Of a DNA stretch of 64,000 nucleotides, positions 38,192-52,600 are shown one piece after another. A model generated the notes under the pieces. That model saw only the letters and a program-made list of their open reading frames with translations. It did not search any database and was not told the origin of the DNA. This DNA comes from Perkinsus olseni. Its lineage: Eukaryota. Numbering within the stretch: position 1 is the first letter of the stretch; every line of letters starts with the position of its first letter. Both the position numbers and the translations under genes were made by a program. The stretch covers positions 1-64,000 of the forward strand of contig JABANN010000060.1 of NCBI GenBank assembly GCA_013115125.1. Direction: 5' to 3'.

Positions 38192-39962
38192 ATGACCCCG
38201 GCAGAGGAGCTCCTTCGGGAGGTGTCAAGGGCGGCCGCCGAGCTCCCGGCCTGGAGGGAGTCTCTGCGACCAGTGCTCAAAGACGGGCTCCTGCAGCACT
38301 TGAAGGAGCACGGGTTAAGGCGGTTCTCTGATATTGAATTCCCTGAGGAGCGACAGGCAGTGATGGGCGAGCTGTTCACCAACCACGCCGACCAGCTGAG
38401 GTGCCTTCGAAACTGCCTTGACGCCCTCATAGAGGAGAAGCTTACGGATATGCTACTGCTGGACGGCCGCGGCTCAGACGAGGACGTCTTGGGGCAGGCC
38501 ACTGACCTGGCGGCCGGTGCTGCGGTCATGCTCCTAGATCGACTAAGGCACCTCAACCCGAGGGTGTTCCTATCGCGGCTAGTGGCTGCAAGACCGAACG
38601 ACCGCCTCCGCCGTGTCCTCTGGGATCGGTTGCTTGTGAAGATTGATATAAGAGACTCTCAAGACCCGACGGAAGTATGCCACGGGGGCGTCGAACAGAC
38701 CCTAGACGAGGCTCTCGGCTCCTACGGTGTCCGTCTCTCTCGGAGCGTGGTTGCCGAGGTGGAGCGGTTGGTGACGGAGTGCCCGGAGGCCACGCCCTCA
38801 GAGCCGGCCTTAGTGTGCTCAGCGGTGGTCCTGGTGCTGGTCTACGGCGTGAGTCCTGTGAATCACCGGAGGTACAGAAAACTGCTGTCCCTGACACAAG
38901 CCTGGGATGCAGCCGTCGCTGCGGCGACACTCTCGAGTCGTGAAGCCCCTCTGTGGCTAGGGAAGCGCTTCCTCGACCCGACAATTGACCAGGAATGCAC
39001 CAAGCTAGTATGGGACCAGCTGCTCCTAGCGACCCCTCGTGGCGCTGCCGTTGCGGGAGTGGTCAGCATATGCACTGAGGCCCTCCTCGACTGCTTGGCC
39101 GAGTCGTCTGCCCTTCTCTCTGGCGAGGCTTTCCACATAGCTCTGCGGTCGAGGAGAGCCGACCTTGCCGAGGTCATCTGCGGCCGCGGTTGGCGGTCGT
39201 TGGATGAGCCCTCGAGGGTCCCTCCGTCAGGGCTGCCTTGTCTCAGCAGCTCAGCGGACGCGGAGCACCCCCAGGCAAGTGACTGTCAAGCGCCTCAACA
39301 TGGTCTATCCGTCACAACAGAGCCGGTCGGTGGGGTCACCCGGTCAGCAAAGGAGCCCGAAGATGGTCGGGTCGCCACCGGCATGTCGATAGAATCTTTA
39401 CGGTACGCCGGAGACCTGATCAGCAAAGGCGCTAACGCGAGTCGAGCCGGCCTCTCCTTGGAGCTGCGGGAAGGAAAGCGTATCCAACTGCCCCCCATCA
39501 ACCCCTTCGGGCTCGTGGACTCTGTCTCAGAGGTGCCCCGTCCGTGTGACCAGCGCCAAGTATCATCTTCCACAGGTCGCTGAGCATTGCTTGATACATG
39601 CAGACGAGGACCTCCTTACCTCTCCGACCGCTACGGCCTCCCTCCGGCAGGAGCTGCTGGATTGCCTCATCTCCAAGTTCGACGGGGATAGCATGGTCGT
39701 CGACGACAGGAGTGTCCCTGTCAAGAGGGTGGAGATCAGCATAGGTTGGGTCGGCCCCAGTTGGCCCTCAGTCGGCTGTCGGCCCCTGTCAGGCTCCGTC
39801 AAGGCTACGCTCTGTGTTACTCCCACTACGGCAGCACCGGAGTCCACCGCCTTCCTCGATGCGTGCATGCGTGCTGTGGGAAGGGCTAATTTTGGCGACG
39901 AAGCTTTGATGATGGAAGCTCTGAAGTATCTTTGGTTGAAGCTTGCTCATGATACTGGATAG
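38192..39962 (+). CDS. Helical protein of unknown function, possibly a degenerate TBC (Rab-GAP) fold
   Basis: Long open frame with RLRRVLWDRLL and TKLVWDQLLL, spaced like TBC motifs. No clear IxxDxxR or YxQ catalytic fingers. Confidence 0.5.
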
Positions 39963-40031
39963 CCGTGTCCCCTTCTTTGTGTTGCGTTACCAAGAGTCTC
40001 ATTACACCCAAGCAGCAGTCATCCCTCCTTG

Positions 40032-41400
40032 ATGGCCTCCGCTGGTACTGGGCTGCCGGGGAAGACCCTACCCTGGGCAGACTGGCACGAGTGGCTCCGA
40101 TGTTACCAGGGCCTGTCGGGCCAGAGTGTCAAGGAAAAGCTAGAAGCCGTATCTTTGGTCGACCTGTGGCGGATACGGGGAAGGGTAGAAGTCGTTCGCA
40201 TCCGAAGTGACTGCTAGTAGTGATGACCCCAGGTGCCAGTGGCTGTCGACATCACCGGCATGGTCCTGCAGATAATGTGCCACGACCCCTACTTCACTCC
40301 GGAGACCACAGCGCAGGTGTCCTTAGACGAGTGAGTGAGGGTCGGCCGAAGCATGGTGGTAACCACGCCCTCCTCCCTAGGCTACAGCAGCTCTACAGCC
40401 TCGCCGTCATCCGCCTCTGTAACGGTGTTATCGACACTGAGCAGAAAGGGCTGGTGGCGCAGAGTCAGGTAGGCCTTCATAGCCTGCTGACGTGGGGCTG
40501 ATCTCCGACTGTTGCAGGACTCCATTGCCCGACGGATCGGCTTCCCAACGTGGCTTGTCGAGCTGCGCCACGAGGCAACTCACGGCAGCACCCTCCCCAC
40601 CATCCATGTTCTGCGGATGGCGGCCGAGAGTATCTTGAGGTGAGATCCACCCTATTCCGTAATGTGCATGCTCAACCTAAAGATACCTCGACAAGAACTA
40701 CTGGTCACGGCAATATGCCCAGCTAGATGCACACGGTGTCTTTGCGATGACACAGCCCGATGCAGACTACGGCGATGTTCGACTGCCTCGTGGATCTTCC
40801 GAGGACCAGTGCGTGTTGCTGCGGAAGAAGCTGGCCGCCCTCGGCCACGGCGTGGGAGTGACGGAAGCTGTAGGTCTCCTCCACCGCAGCACAGCCGTAC
40901 CGTGCTTTTCTCCAGGTGAAGTACTTCACGTCTTCTCTAAGTAAGGTTGCCTCGACTGACGACATCCGGGAGATGCTCCTCAATGTCACACAGAATGTGA
41001 CGCCTGCGACCGAGAGAGGTGCCCGGTTCTTCGCCATCTCCTCTTCACCAGCCCCCTCCTATCAGGTGCTTCTGTCGTTGACGTCCTCGCCGGCGCCCTA
41101 GAGTTCCTCGAGGTCAAGCGGCCCGGTTTGGGCCGGGGTTTGGCCCGGTCGCTGCTCGAGCGAGGCGACGACACGGCCGAGGGTAAGCGGTCCATGCAGT
41201 GGTTCGAGGCCCTCTCGAGACGGTCCGCCATGAGCGGAGCGAAGAAGGTATGTTTCGAAATGACTAGCAAGAACCCCTCCGTTATCGATTGCCTCGGCGA
41301 CCCCCGCCTTACTGCGGCCTTCAACTCAAACGAGCGTCCCCCTGACGCAAAAATCCTAGCGGAGATAGAGGAGGTCGCGCTAGGTCTCGGCTGTCCGTAA
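40032..41400 (+). CDS. LAS1: Las1 pre-rRNA processing endoribonuclease (HEPN), spliced
   Basis: LPWADWHEW...WRIRGR|VPVAVDIT...LYSLAVIRLCNGVID...ARRIGFPTWLVELRHEATHG-TLP...YL...YW. The RHxxTH active site is at 40566-40583. Confidence 0.92.
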
Positions 41401-44390
41401 ATTACCAATTTCCTGACGTACTGTTCTGCTGTTTGAGTTTATTAAATACTGCTCGGTCACACGAGACCCCACCCTTAACTTTGATAATGCCTGTGGAGGT
41501 TGGGAGCTCAAGACCCGCGAAATCCAGCCAGAGGGGGAATCACTATCATCAACATCATCATCGTCTTCGTCATCATCATGATAATACTTGGACGGTTCGT
41601 CGACGCTTCGCGAGAATGTCCACCTTGAAGCTAGCAATGGAGGCGCGCAGATCCTTCGTCGTATTCCGTAACTCTGCAACAAAAGGACGTAAAACCGCCA
41701 CGGAAAGTAACTGTACAGAATGATCATGAATAACATCTCTTCGGCATCGGCGCTAGGGCATCAGGAGGAGGGGCCACGATCACGAAGGTGCTCTCGGAGC
41801 GAAGGGAGGTGCACTCGGTGGGGACTGTGCTTCTTGGCGAGCCGACAGACTCAGCGGGGCTGCAGAGGAGGGACTGTGCCCGAGGGGAGTAGGTGGTTGA
41901 CAGTCTGTTGTTGGCGGTGAACCTGAAAGAGCAATCAAGGACTAGCTATACCCGTCACTCACCGTCTAACACCGCGCCGTCGTCTCAGCACGTCAGCCCT
42001 TCTGGGGTCAGAAAGGCAGTGGTCCGCCCAGACGCCGAAGACCTTCAGCGCCACGTCGAGATCCTGTTGGACCCGCAGTGTTCGCACTGTCTCCCGCCGC
42101 CGATAGACCAACTCCGTTAGGGCCGTCCACGCTCGGAAGTGCGCCCTCAACTTGGTGGAAGCTTCGCGAATTTCACGCCGCTCGTCGAAAGCCATCCTGA
42201 GGACCCTTCCGATCTGCTCGGTCTCGCGTACGTGGACTCGCCAGCCGGCCAGAGCAAACTTCGCTAAAGTGGAGTTCCGCTGAACCACCGCCAGTCGAGA
42301 TCGTTCGCGTGCTCGTCGACATCGCCCGACCCCAAGGCGCCAGCGGCTGAGCCATCGGCCAGCAGTGAGCCTCGCCCCGGCCTCGATGCTCTCACGGCTG
42401 AGGGCAGCCCAGTGGAGGCAATGACGGCGTAGAGACGCGGCGCGGCAGCGAAGGCGGAAATTCCTCGCAGTGTGACGGACACAGGAGTGGTTCAACGCGA
42501 TGATCAACCACTTCCGCAATGCTGCTCGGAGGACCTAACCAGCGCTTTGTCCGACGAGAGGGGGCAGCGGCACAGTAGTAGCTCACTTTTCCCTGGGAGG
42601 CTCGGGAGCACTCATCGGCTCTGCGGTGCTGTGCAAATGCTGCCAGCCAGGCGTGGATGCTCCTCCCGGCCACTCGGGCTTCCACTGCCGATCGGGCGAT
42701 CCAGAACAGCTCCGAAGTGACGTGCCTGAAGGCGCAATTGCCTCGAGCTTGGAATGGAAGCGCACCTTAGGTTGATTCGCGCCTTCCACCAGCGCATCGC
42801 CCGTTGGCCCAGGGCAGCCGTACAGCGCAGTGCCATCTCCTCTGCGGCCCTCTCCCTGGCCTGCTGTTGTCCAATCTGCAAGGTGACTCCTCTCCGATAC
42901 CCCTCCCACGCCCGCCGGATGAGCAGCTCCCGTCGCTTCCCCTCAGCCAATAGCCGATTGCGTCGGATCCGCCCAACCCACGTCTCGAGCCAAACCCTGG
43001 TGGCATCAGCGACGTACCGTCGATGGAACTTAACAGCTCGGGCGAGTAGAGACCACTCGCCCAAGATGACGCGGTGGTGCTGCATCTCCCTCCTCCCCCT
43101 AGCCGCCCTGCCCAGGAGCCGCACGACAGCCCATGACCACCATGAGACGAGGGCTCGGCGCGCCAAGGCCGCACTCCGCCTTGCGATAAGTCCCCCACAC
43201 AGCCGCAGGGTCCGCATCTCGCTGACCGTAGCTCTCCAGCAGCCGAGGGTTCTTCTGAACCTCCGCCTGTCCTTGCTGTCGATGACTCTTGTGATGACCA
43301 CTTGACGCCGCCACAGCATCCAAGTGAGCCGTCTTAGGCGCCCCTCCTCGGCTGCCCTCCGCGTCAGGAGCTTCCATCGTACGTAGGCGCGTCGCTTGGC
43401 GGTAGCACGGGCACGCTTCAACTCAGCGACGCGGCGTCGCCACAGCCTCACGGAGTAACTCAGTAATCGTTGCTGACGGAAGTGTCGAATCCGAAGCCGC
43501 TCGTGACGGGATGCCTTCCGGAACTCCCTCAGGACTCGAAGCAGCAGGTACCTCCGCCGCTGCCGCCCTGCGATCTTCTGCTTCGCTCGAACCGCTTCGG
43601 CCGTCCTGTTCCGCCAGGCCATTAGGGAGGCCTGTAGACTTCGTCGTTGCCACCGAGCTTTCCCGAATGTCCGACTGGCGATGGTGATGGAGACAAGACG
43701 TCCCCAGGAGGCGATAAACCTAGGGAAGCGCAGCAGCTTCCACCGAAATGCAGCACGCCAGAACGCCCAACCCTCGAGGATGGCCAGCAGCGACCGGCGC
43801 TCGTACCACCGTTCGAGACGAGCGAGGCCGAGGGAACGACGCTTCCACGACTGGAAGAAGCGACTGATTTCCCTCGATCGTCCTAGACTGAGTGCCACTG
43901 TCATGCGGTACCACTTGGTAAAAACACCGGCCGCCACTCGGAGATCCACCCTGGTCCGCACTCGGGCCCACAGGAAGGCCTCCTCTCGCCTCACGTTCGC
44001 TAGGCAGGACCATGCATCCATCACCCTGATCAACAGGCTGCTGTGGTACCGATGGATGCTGCCCTCCAGCAGCCCTCGGAGGCGTCGACGCCGAGCCGTG
44101 TAATATCGGAGACGCCGCAAGGCTGGCTGTAGACAGGCGAGGAGGTCGTCTATTCTCCCGACCCGTTGGTGGAGGTCCTCCCGCCTCGCAACGGGCTGGG
44201 GGCTGCTCCTCCGGACCAACGGCTCAGTGAGGTAATCTTCCAAGGTAGGCGACAGCGCTGTAAAGGACGTTCGTAGCCGTGCTTGTACTATCCTGTTGAC
44301 GATCCTTGGAAGACTGTGAAGGCGAGCTGGTGGTCGACAGAGGCCCACAGGAGAGCGGGCGGAGGAGGAGGAGGAGGAGGAGGGCTTCAT
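41380..44390 (-). CDS. SFI1-like centrin-binding repeat protein
   Basis: Arg-rich helical ORF with many LxxxFxxW[KR]-type repeats (LLIRVMDAW, AAGVFTKWY, ISRFFQSWKR, LQASLMAWRNR, RRAYVRWK, LRAHFRAW, ALKVFGVW). 3' end approximate. Confidence 0.75.
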
Positions 44391-44503
44391 CCTCAACACC
44401 TCGCTGGACGATCGAAGTCACTCAGCCCGTCCGAATTGACTGTCTTCAAAATCAACGGTGGTCAAATGAGGTAACAACAGCGACTTCGTGCACACTGGAA
44501 TGG

Positions 44504-47193
44504 TCAAACATGGCGGAGAATCGACTTCTTCTGGATCTCAGCTGCGGCATTGCAGGCCGCCAGGGCCTGGGATTGCTCCAGAGGGAGCTTGTCGCTGGGC
44601 GGCAGCATCCTCCTCTCTTTACCTGACGAGTCGATCTCCCCCGGGGCCGCAGGAATGAGCTGTACTACTGATCGCCAATTTTCGAAGCTCGTCTTTCTTC
44701 TTAGAGTCATCGGCAAGTACAGAATCCGTCAGACCGGTCTCTTCTAGCAACTACGACGGCCAACGGGTGGGCGAGGGCAGCGAGGACGGGGAGCTCACCA
44801 GGTCCCAGTCATCTGCCAACTTCTCCTGCTGTGGCCGATGGAGGGACTCGCCGGTCTCGAAATTATGGAAGTACTTGGAACCTAGGGCCGAGCTGAGACG
44901 CCACAGATGACAGCCTTTTTACCCCGACGGTCGAAGAAGGCGTGCCACTTGATGCCGAGTAGCGTGTGGGGTGGTACTGTTCTCGACAGGGACTCCAGTA
45001 GCTCCTTCCGAGGGTCCACCTCCCCCTTCGCCAGGACCCTCCCTCCAGGGCCCGACCCTGAGAGTTTGGAGGAGTGCATCGAGGGAGGCGACAGCGACTC
45101 ACCTTGAGATGCATCCTTCGTGGTGAGCTGGGCGTGTACGCCGTGGCCGACCGTCCGTCGCCGCCGAGGCTTTTCCCCGCCGCTGCTTTCCTCAAGATGG
45201 GAGTCGGCGTAGTCCCTAGTGTAGTCTATCTTCACTGGCTTCAAGTCTAGGAACCTGCCAACCGAATCCGTATCAGGCATGGTTCAACCTAAGATTCACC
45301 TTGGCAGCGTCTTGACGTGCTTTCTCGAGTAGCAGTCATGACAGTAGGAACCGAAGGTGTAGGTGCACTGCAACTTGGCCGGAAGAGTCCGGCAGAGACA
45401 ACACGGGATGAGATGGTTCGGGACGTGCAGCTTCCGATTGCCCTGAAGTTTTCTGTGCTCTTCCGCAAGGCCCTCGTGACCGGCCCACCTTCATGTGCAG
45501 CTTCTCAAAGCAAGTCTCACAGAAGCAGTCCCGGCACTTCGGACAGAAGCAGCTGCCAACGATACCGCACTCGACGCAGTAGACTTGCCCTGCCAGCCAA
45601 CACTGACCAGACGGCTGTCGTGGGCCTCCTACCCGCCTCATTGGGCCCTATGGCCAAGCTAGGATCCTCTTGCTCCAGTATCTCCTGCGAGATTGCGAAC
45701 CTGGTCACAACAGGGGCGCTGCTGGGCTGAATCTGCTTCGCTCCGCCGACCTGTTCCTCTCGTTGTCGATGATCTCAAGACAGTACTTCACCTCCTGCGT
45801 GTCGAGCTCGGCTTCCAAGCGATACTGCAGGGAGAAGGCCTTGAGGAATACCTTCATCGTCCGAACCTGACAGCCAGGCCTGGAGCTGCCACAGCGCAGG
45901 CCTTTCCCACCATGTAGGGTTCAGTAATGACGTCAACTTTGAGAACCTCCGCGATTTCTCGGACGTAGCGGGGCGAGATGAGTGGCTCTTGCGTGAGGAT
46001 GTTGGAGTTGCACTCGGCCTCGTACGACTGAGCAGAGGGTCAGGGAGGCCTCCAGAGCCAGCAGCAGCGGTACCCAGAGCATGCGGTTAATCCGCAGTTT
46101 GATATGCTCCTCCTTGGTGACGTGACGACAATGGTCGAGAAGCTGGGCGAAGTAGTCGTAGAACGGATGCTTCCAAGTTGACTCGGAGGTCTCGTTATTA
46201 ACATAGCAGATGATACCTGCCAACTCGAGAATGGCGCTTCCCCCTCGGACGTCGTTGCTCACTTCCAACGCCAATCACGGACGTCCACGGCTGCGGCAAC
46301 TCCTGATTGGCAAAGCTTTCGACAACCCAAGTGAACTCCTCGTCGATCTGCGGGTCGGCCTGAGGCGGACAGGGGCTCAACCTCACCAGCGCCTCCATCT
46401 TCAACGCACTTGAAGGTAGCCGAACCACTCACGGATGGTCGGGATGGAGCCAGCACAGCGCAGCATTGGCACAGCGTTGCCGCTAGTCCGTTCTACCGCC
46501 TTCTGGGTGGTAGGGTCAGCCACCCCGAACAGGAACAAGGGGTCGCAGTCCAGGAATTCCAAGGAGGCCTGAGACAAGACGTTATGGCGGAGAGTGGGGA
46601 GGGCCGATGACCTCCCCCAGGGCTTGAGTGTCCTCCAAGACAGCCATGACTTCGATCCACAGGGTGTCGACATCGTCCGTCCAGTCCAGAAGGACCGAGT
46701 CCAAATCTTGGAAGCAGACCTGATAAAGAGAGCCTGGCCAGGACAGGGCCTCCCACAGCCCAGGCCACCTACTCGGAAGTCCGGTCCATGCTGTCCCTCT
46801 CGGATACAAAAGAATATCTCGCTGGTCTCGCCCCCGGGCTCGACCGCCACCGCGTCCTCCCCCTCGCGGTTAACCTGAGGTGGGGCCTTCCGAGGGTCTC
46901 TGAGGTTGCCTCTTTTGCTTACCCTTATGCTTGCTTTGTAGCCCGCGGGTATCACCCCCATGTGGAGCTCCTCCGGGGCCTCCTCAGGGTCAGGGGCGTA
47001 CTGGAAGCGGTACGACGTGGGGACCTGACGAGAGCCTCGAGCAGGGCAGCAGCAGCAGTGAAGTGCGGACCTCGCCGTTGACGGTGACAGGATAGCCGAA
47101 GGCGAGTATCCTGTGGACCCGCGGCTGCTTCTTAGCCCGGACTATGGGGTACTCGACATCTCGAAAGTCGTCTGATGTCTGCGCTGCGGCCAT
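44504..47193 (-). CDS. WW and tandem B-box zinc-finger protein with a CEP164-like WW module, spliced
   Basis: DPQIDEEFTWVVESFANQELPQPW...YVNNETSESTWKHPFYDYF; CVECG...CPKCRDCFCETCFEKLHMK|GNRKLH; CCLC...CTY...YCHDCY..KH; second WW (WHAFFD...YFHNFETGESLHRP). Confidence 0.75.
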
Positions 47194-47344
47194 CCACCAT
47201 ACCAAAACTACAACAACTCCCGGCAGGGCCTGTCCCGAATGGCAAGCAACTCCCCTGGGGCGATAGAAAGTCTTCATTAAACATTGTGCATGCATGGGAA
47301 GGCATGAGACGCGACAACTTCACACTTTAGGGCTCTGAGGGTCG

Positions 47345-49537
47345 TCACCGGCGTCCGAAGCGTCCGTGAGGATATCGGCCGCCTTCCGACAGCACCGAAG
47401 CCCGCACTTCACAGCAGGACCTTGGAGAGTCATCGCCCCCTCTGGAGCTCGGGGACTCGAGTTTTCGCCGTGCCAACGCACCCATCCTCATCGGAGAAGC
47501 GAGGATGCCGCCAGCGCTCATCGGGGATGCTCCATGGTGAATCGGGTTGATGTTGGGCCCGCGATTCTCGACTTCGACAGACCGCGACACGCCATGAGGG
47601 GGTCGACGACCATCCAGGACGGGACGAGCCCAGGCAGGTGGCAGCCGGCAGTGGCCTTTGTGTGGTGGGGAGAAGTCCGCTGGTGGTCTTGAGGGGCATT
47701 CCCGATGCTGGACGGCCCTTCTGTCCGGCCCCGGTGGTACCAGAACCCCTTCCACGACGCAGGGGTACCGACCTAGCGCTTGGTTACCGCGAGGGCGTGC
47801 CGCGTTGTTCGGGACACCACGGGCCAATGGAGGCTCTGCCTGGCGAGGGGATGCCGAAGCACCGACTCTCCTCCGCTTCCCCACGTCCGATCGAGGGGGG
47901 CTGTGCGGCCCTACGCCACCTATTGGTTGAGGAGAGCAATGACCGATAACACCGGACGGCCTTGGATGACGCCCTGGGGAATCATCCAGGCATTGAGCTG
48001 GAAGACGTCGGTCATCCAGGACGGGCGAACGCGGTTGAAATTCGCCCCTCTGCGGCCTCGACGGAGAGCCTTTGTTAGCCAGGACAGGATCCACGTACTT
48101 GGGCACAGGTGATGACGGAACGCCCCTTGGCCTCTGACTGGCTGGACTGTACCGCCGCGGATGCTGCTGTTGCCCGACAGGTGACAGGTTACGCTTGGGC
48201 ACCATGGGGAGCCGCTGCTGCCTCAGAGGAGAGGCCTTCGCGCAGGGCCGACCCCATGCGCGAGGACTGTCGTCCGGAGCACTCTAAAAACGACAGTGTT
48301 ACAGCCTTCCTAGACCCTCCAACTCACCAGAGGGTCTCCCTCCTCGACCAGCATCTGCCTTATCTCAGCTTGGACGATGCCTCGGCCGACGATCTCCGCC
48401 GCGGTCGGCCTTTTCATCCAGTCCCGACTAAGACAGTCTCGGAGCAAGTCCCTCAAGCTCGCCGAGTAATGCTCCGGCAACTCGGGCGTCGGCCCCTTGG
48501 TTATCTTGTCCACCAGTGACTTTATGTTGCTCGCATCGAATGGGACTTTAAGACAGCAAAGTTCATACAGGATGCAGCCCAACGCCCATATGTCAGAAGC
48601 CCAGTTGTAGGGCTTCTCTTCGCAGATCTCCGGGCTCAGGTAATACGGCGTCCCTATGGTAGTCTCGGCGAACGCCAACGTCGAGTCAAGTACCTGCGCT
48701 TACCGCGTACCGTGCTGAACGAGCGTCGATAAGAGCACGTCCTAGGCCGAGGAAGCAGCAGCAGGACTCATGCTCAGGACGTTGGGTTTGGCGGGCCGAA
48801 TTCGGAGCTCAGGTCCAACACACGCGCTCGCTGAAACTTCGGCGCTTGCGCAGTCGACTATGCATTAACTCGCTCAGTCTTCGTCTTTGTCTGTCGTCGC
48901 TGCCTCACCTTGGATATGCCGAAGTCGCCCAGTCTTAGCCTGTTAGCCCTGGTCAGGAAGAGATTCTGAGTCTTCAGATCTCGGTGCAGGATATGCTTCT
49001 CGTGCACGTACCTTGCAGAGGCCCTCAGGACGGATCGGAGGCAGCGGACTCAGCATCTCACTTCAGAGCTAGAGCTGCCTGGCTAAACCATCGGACAATC
49101 TGTGACTCGGGAAATCCCACACCAGTGTCGCGCGCCTTCCGTATCCTCGCGGCCAAGTCCCCTAAAACGTCACCATAGGGACGGCGCCGCCGCGAAGCGG
49201 AGAAGTTACCGCCCTCCGCGTAATCCATAATGATACAGAGACCGTTGGCTTCCTCAAAAAACGAGTCGCGGTAACATACCACATAAGGATGCTTCAGAGA
49301 TGACAGTACCTGCCCACGATAATATTTCAAAAAACGATTCAGTCGAAAGATTAGCGCTCGCCCCGCCGATACCACCTTGACCTCATTTCTAGCATCATTC
49401 CGCTGTTTTTTATCCATCCTCTTCACGTCGATTGTTTTCATGATGTACTCTCGGCCGTCCCTCCCACGCACCAGCCAGGCCCTTCCGAAGGACCCCTCAC
49501 CGACCTTCCTAATGCGCGAGTACCCTCGAGAAGCCAT
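47345..49537 (-). CDS. NIMA-related Ser/Thr kinase (NEK family) with Pro/Arg-rich tail, spliced
   Basis: [62 protein letters not shown]. Confidence 0.95.
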
Positions 49538-49686
49538 GAGCTAGAAACACTGAGGAGACCCTCAGACCAGTCGCCGGATTGACAAACGCTAGTCAGTAGT
49601 GATAATAACAACACGTTAAGTAGCATGTTACACTGAGTGGAGGGGCTGGCCGACAAGACCGAGGTGCCCGAGGGGGGAAGGTACTA

Positions 49687-52600
49687 CTAGTCTTGGTCTG
49701 AGGATGCCTTCCTGAAGCCTGTCTTCTCGTAGTGGCCGTGCAAGACCTCCCGACGGATTCTCTCTAGTCGAACGACCGCGTCGTCCACAACGTCATTCGT
49801 CGCGCCGATATCCCTGATACCACACCTTCCCCAAATCCCATGGACCAGCACCTACCGCAGAGACCGGCCAATCTGCTGCATGAAGCAATCAAAGTGATAG
49901 TCCGTGATGGCCAGGACCGAATGCAGCTCCTTGAGATCTCGACCCCGGTATCGAGACGGACCTGCCCAGCCACTACAACCAAGGACGCTCGTCATGGACG
50001 GCTCACCTCCGAGGACCATCGTGATGTAGGCGGACTGGGCCTTCTTGATACTCTTCAGCTTGGACCCCTCGAAGAAAGCGTTGATCCTCTTGTCCCGCTC
50101 CACGCACTCGTATCTACGGTTCAGCATCACCCTTGGCCGATGAGATTCGGAAGTCTCACAGGCGAACGATAAAGGCCTCGATGCCCTCTTGGCCGCCCAA
50201 TTTCTCGAAGAGACGTTCTCTGCCTCCCTTCTCGCCCTCCTGCTTGGCGATCTCCATCCGTACCATGCAGCCCGTGGTGATGTCCGACCTTGTCCTGTTA
50301 ACCACCTGCAGCGTTACCAATACGACAAGGAAAATTTGGAAGAAAATATTCCCGAGAATGAGAGCTGCCTATTTTTTGTGCTGTTGTTTTAGTTTCCGCA
50401 AGCGTAGCTGGCAGCGAAGGCATCGTTCACACCACAAATTGAAAATATTATCTTGTCTCGTTGATTTTACTGATCGGATATTCTCGACACATTTGCTTGG
50501 CGGTGTCCACTGAGACGTCGAAGAAATAGCTCTAGTCTCAGCTGCACGTCCCTCCCATCTGCATGCCACTCAATAGAGTCCCGACCCGACACTTACCAAG
50601 AAGACATCGTCCAAGGTAGTGCTGTCAACGCCGATGTCCTTAGCGGCCTCCACCAGGCTATCACAGAGAGCGTCAAAGTGGTAGTTGGTGATGTTCATAA
50701 AATAATGAGCTGGTTTAAGCAGCTTCGCGTCGTACTGGACCGGACCTCCGAAGGCCCCGCTAAGATACTGATACCTGGCAAGACAAGCTCACCATTCAAA
50801 CTGTTCAATAAGTCGCTACATCTTCATCCTGATTTGCTTCTGCTTGGCCTTCCCCTTCTCTAGGAAGTACCTCACCCTAGAGTCCTCCTTCGCTCGCTCG
50901 TACCTGATCCTACCAATACCAGCCGACGCAGGCAATGGGCGATCCCGACATATTCTCGACGAGGGCCTCCAGGGAAAGATCCCCTCCCAGACGGTCCACC
51001 AGACTCTTGTCATCCTTGCTTTGTATCACTGAAACAAGTCCCTCCTCATGTACCGCGATTTGGGCTTTTACTGGTATGAGCGTCGTCCTCCTTAATACCG
51101 AGTACGCTCGGCCTGATCTGCTCCAGAGAGACGACAACCTCGTCGATGAGTTCCGAGGAAATTCCTGCGAGTCGAACGAAATACGTCAAGAAGGGAATCG
51201 AGTCGCTCACCTGCATCCACCAACGCCTTCTGAAAATTCGATATGAAAGCATCAAAATGATAATCATTAATACCTAAGCTTCCCAAAATCAGACAACGGA
51301 GCGAAGCCCGACATGTTCTCCATTTTTCGGTATGACCTACCCAAGTGCTCATGTATTTGGTACAGCTCTCTCCCTTCATAGGTCTGTGGACCTCCTAGGA
51401 GGCCCACGACGTATTTTCCGATATTCTCTCGGACCCTAGCCAGATGTGGAATCCCGAAGAACGTCTTGATGCGCGCGTCGGCAAGAGATAAGTCCATCAG
51501 TTCACCGTACAACTTCTCGATGCCCTCTGTCTTACCCAACCTACACGATCAATACCATATCAACAGCGTCGCTAGAAGTCGCGAGTGAATTTGAACAGCG
51601 AAGGACCACGTAACCCAGCAAAGACGCTAGCGAGGAATGGATTTCCTCTACCCGGAAAGAGTCGCCACTCACGATAGTACTACCCCATGAAAAGATGCTC
51701 CTTGCCCTCCTCTGTGCGTTGCCGGCCCGTTTCCATCCGAACCGTGCATCCCAGAGTGATGTCAGTGCGCACCGGCTGCAACGTCTTGATCAGCTCTCTG
51801 GCCAGCCCTGAGGGGTAGGGAACTGCGGACCTCCCGGGAAGACTAATCGCCCTCTCACTCCGATCTACTCCCATATCCGTTACCAACACCCCAAGCATGA
51901 TGCCGAGCATCCTATCAAACTGGCGATCGGCGATGTTCATGCCGTAGTGAGCTGGTCTTAGCTCCTTCACATCATATTGGGACGGCCCACCTGCGAGCAG
52001 TAGCGCTCAAAAAAACGTCGCGCGCCACGAAACTCAACTTGCCTGTGAGGAGGCATACATATTGTGTCATTCTCTCTCGTATAGTGGTAATCCGGGCCTT
52101 ATTTTTCTCGAGGAAGCTCCTCAGGCTCGGGTCCTCCAGAGCCTTGTCGTACATCTTACTTATGAACACCGCAATGGACTGCTCTCCACCCAGACGGTCG
52201 AACCTGACGACCACCTTCCCTTCGAAGCTGCATTCTTATTTCCCGCAACGCACAGAGACTTTTTCCTCGACGCCTCCTGAGTCGCTCGGGCGTCGTGCTT
52301 GCGAAGATCCGGATTAACAACATTAGCTCGTTCCGTCTCCAGCAAGACCGCGCCTAGAAAATCCACCGTGCGACAAGGACGTATCTTAGGTCGGCTCTTA
52401 CACTCATCAGTCGTGTCCGGATCCAAACCGCGCTTCAATAGAGCCTTCCGGCATAGTTCGAGGAAGGCATCAAAGTGATAGTCAGCGATTTGTATCATAG
52501 CGTGGATCCTCGGCAAGGGCCGACCAACGTACTCGACCGGTGACCCCAACAGCTGGGCAATGTACTCCCCTGAAATCACCACCGTCGACCGTGCGGATCA

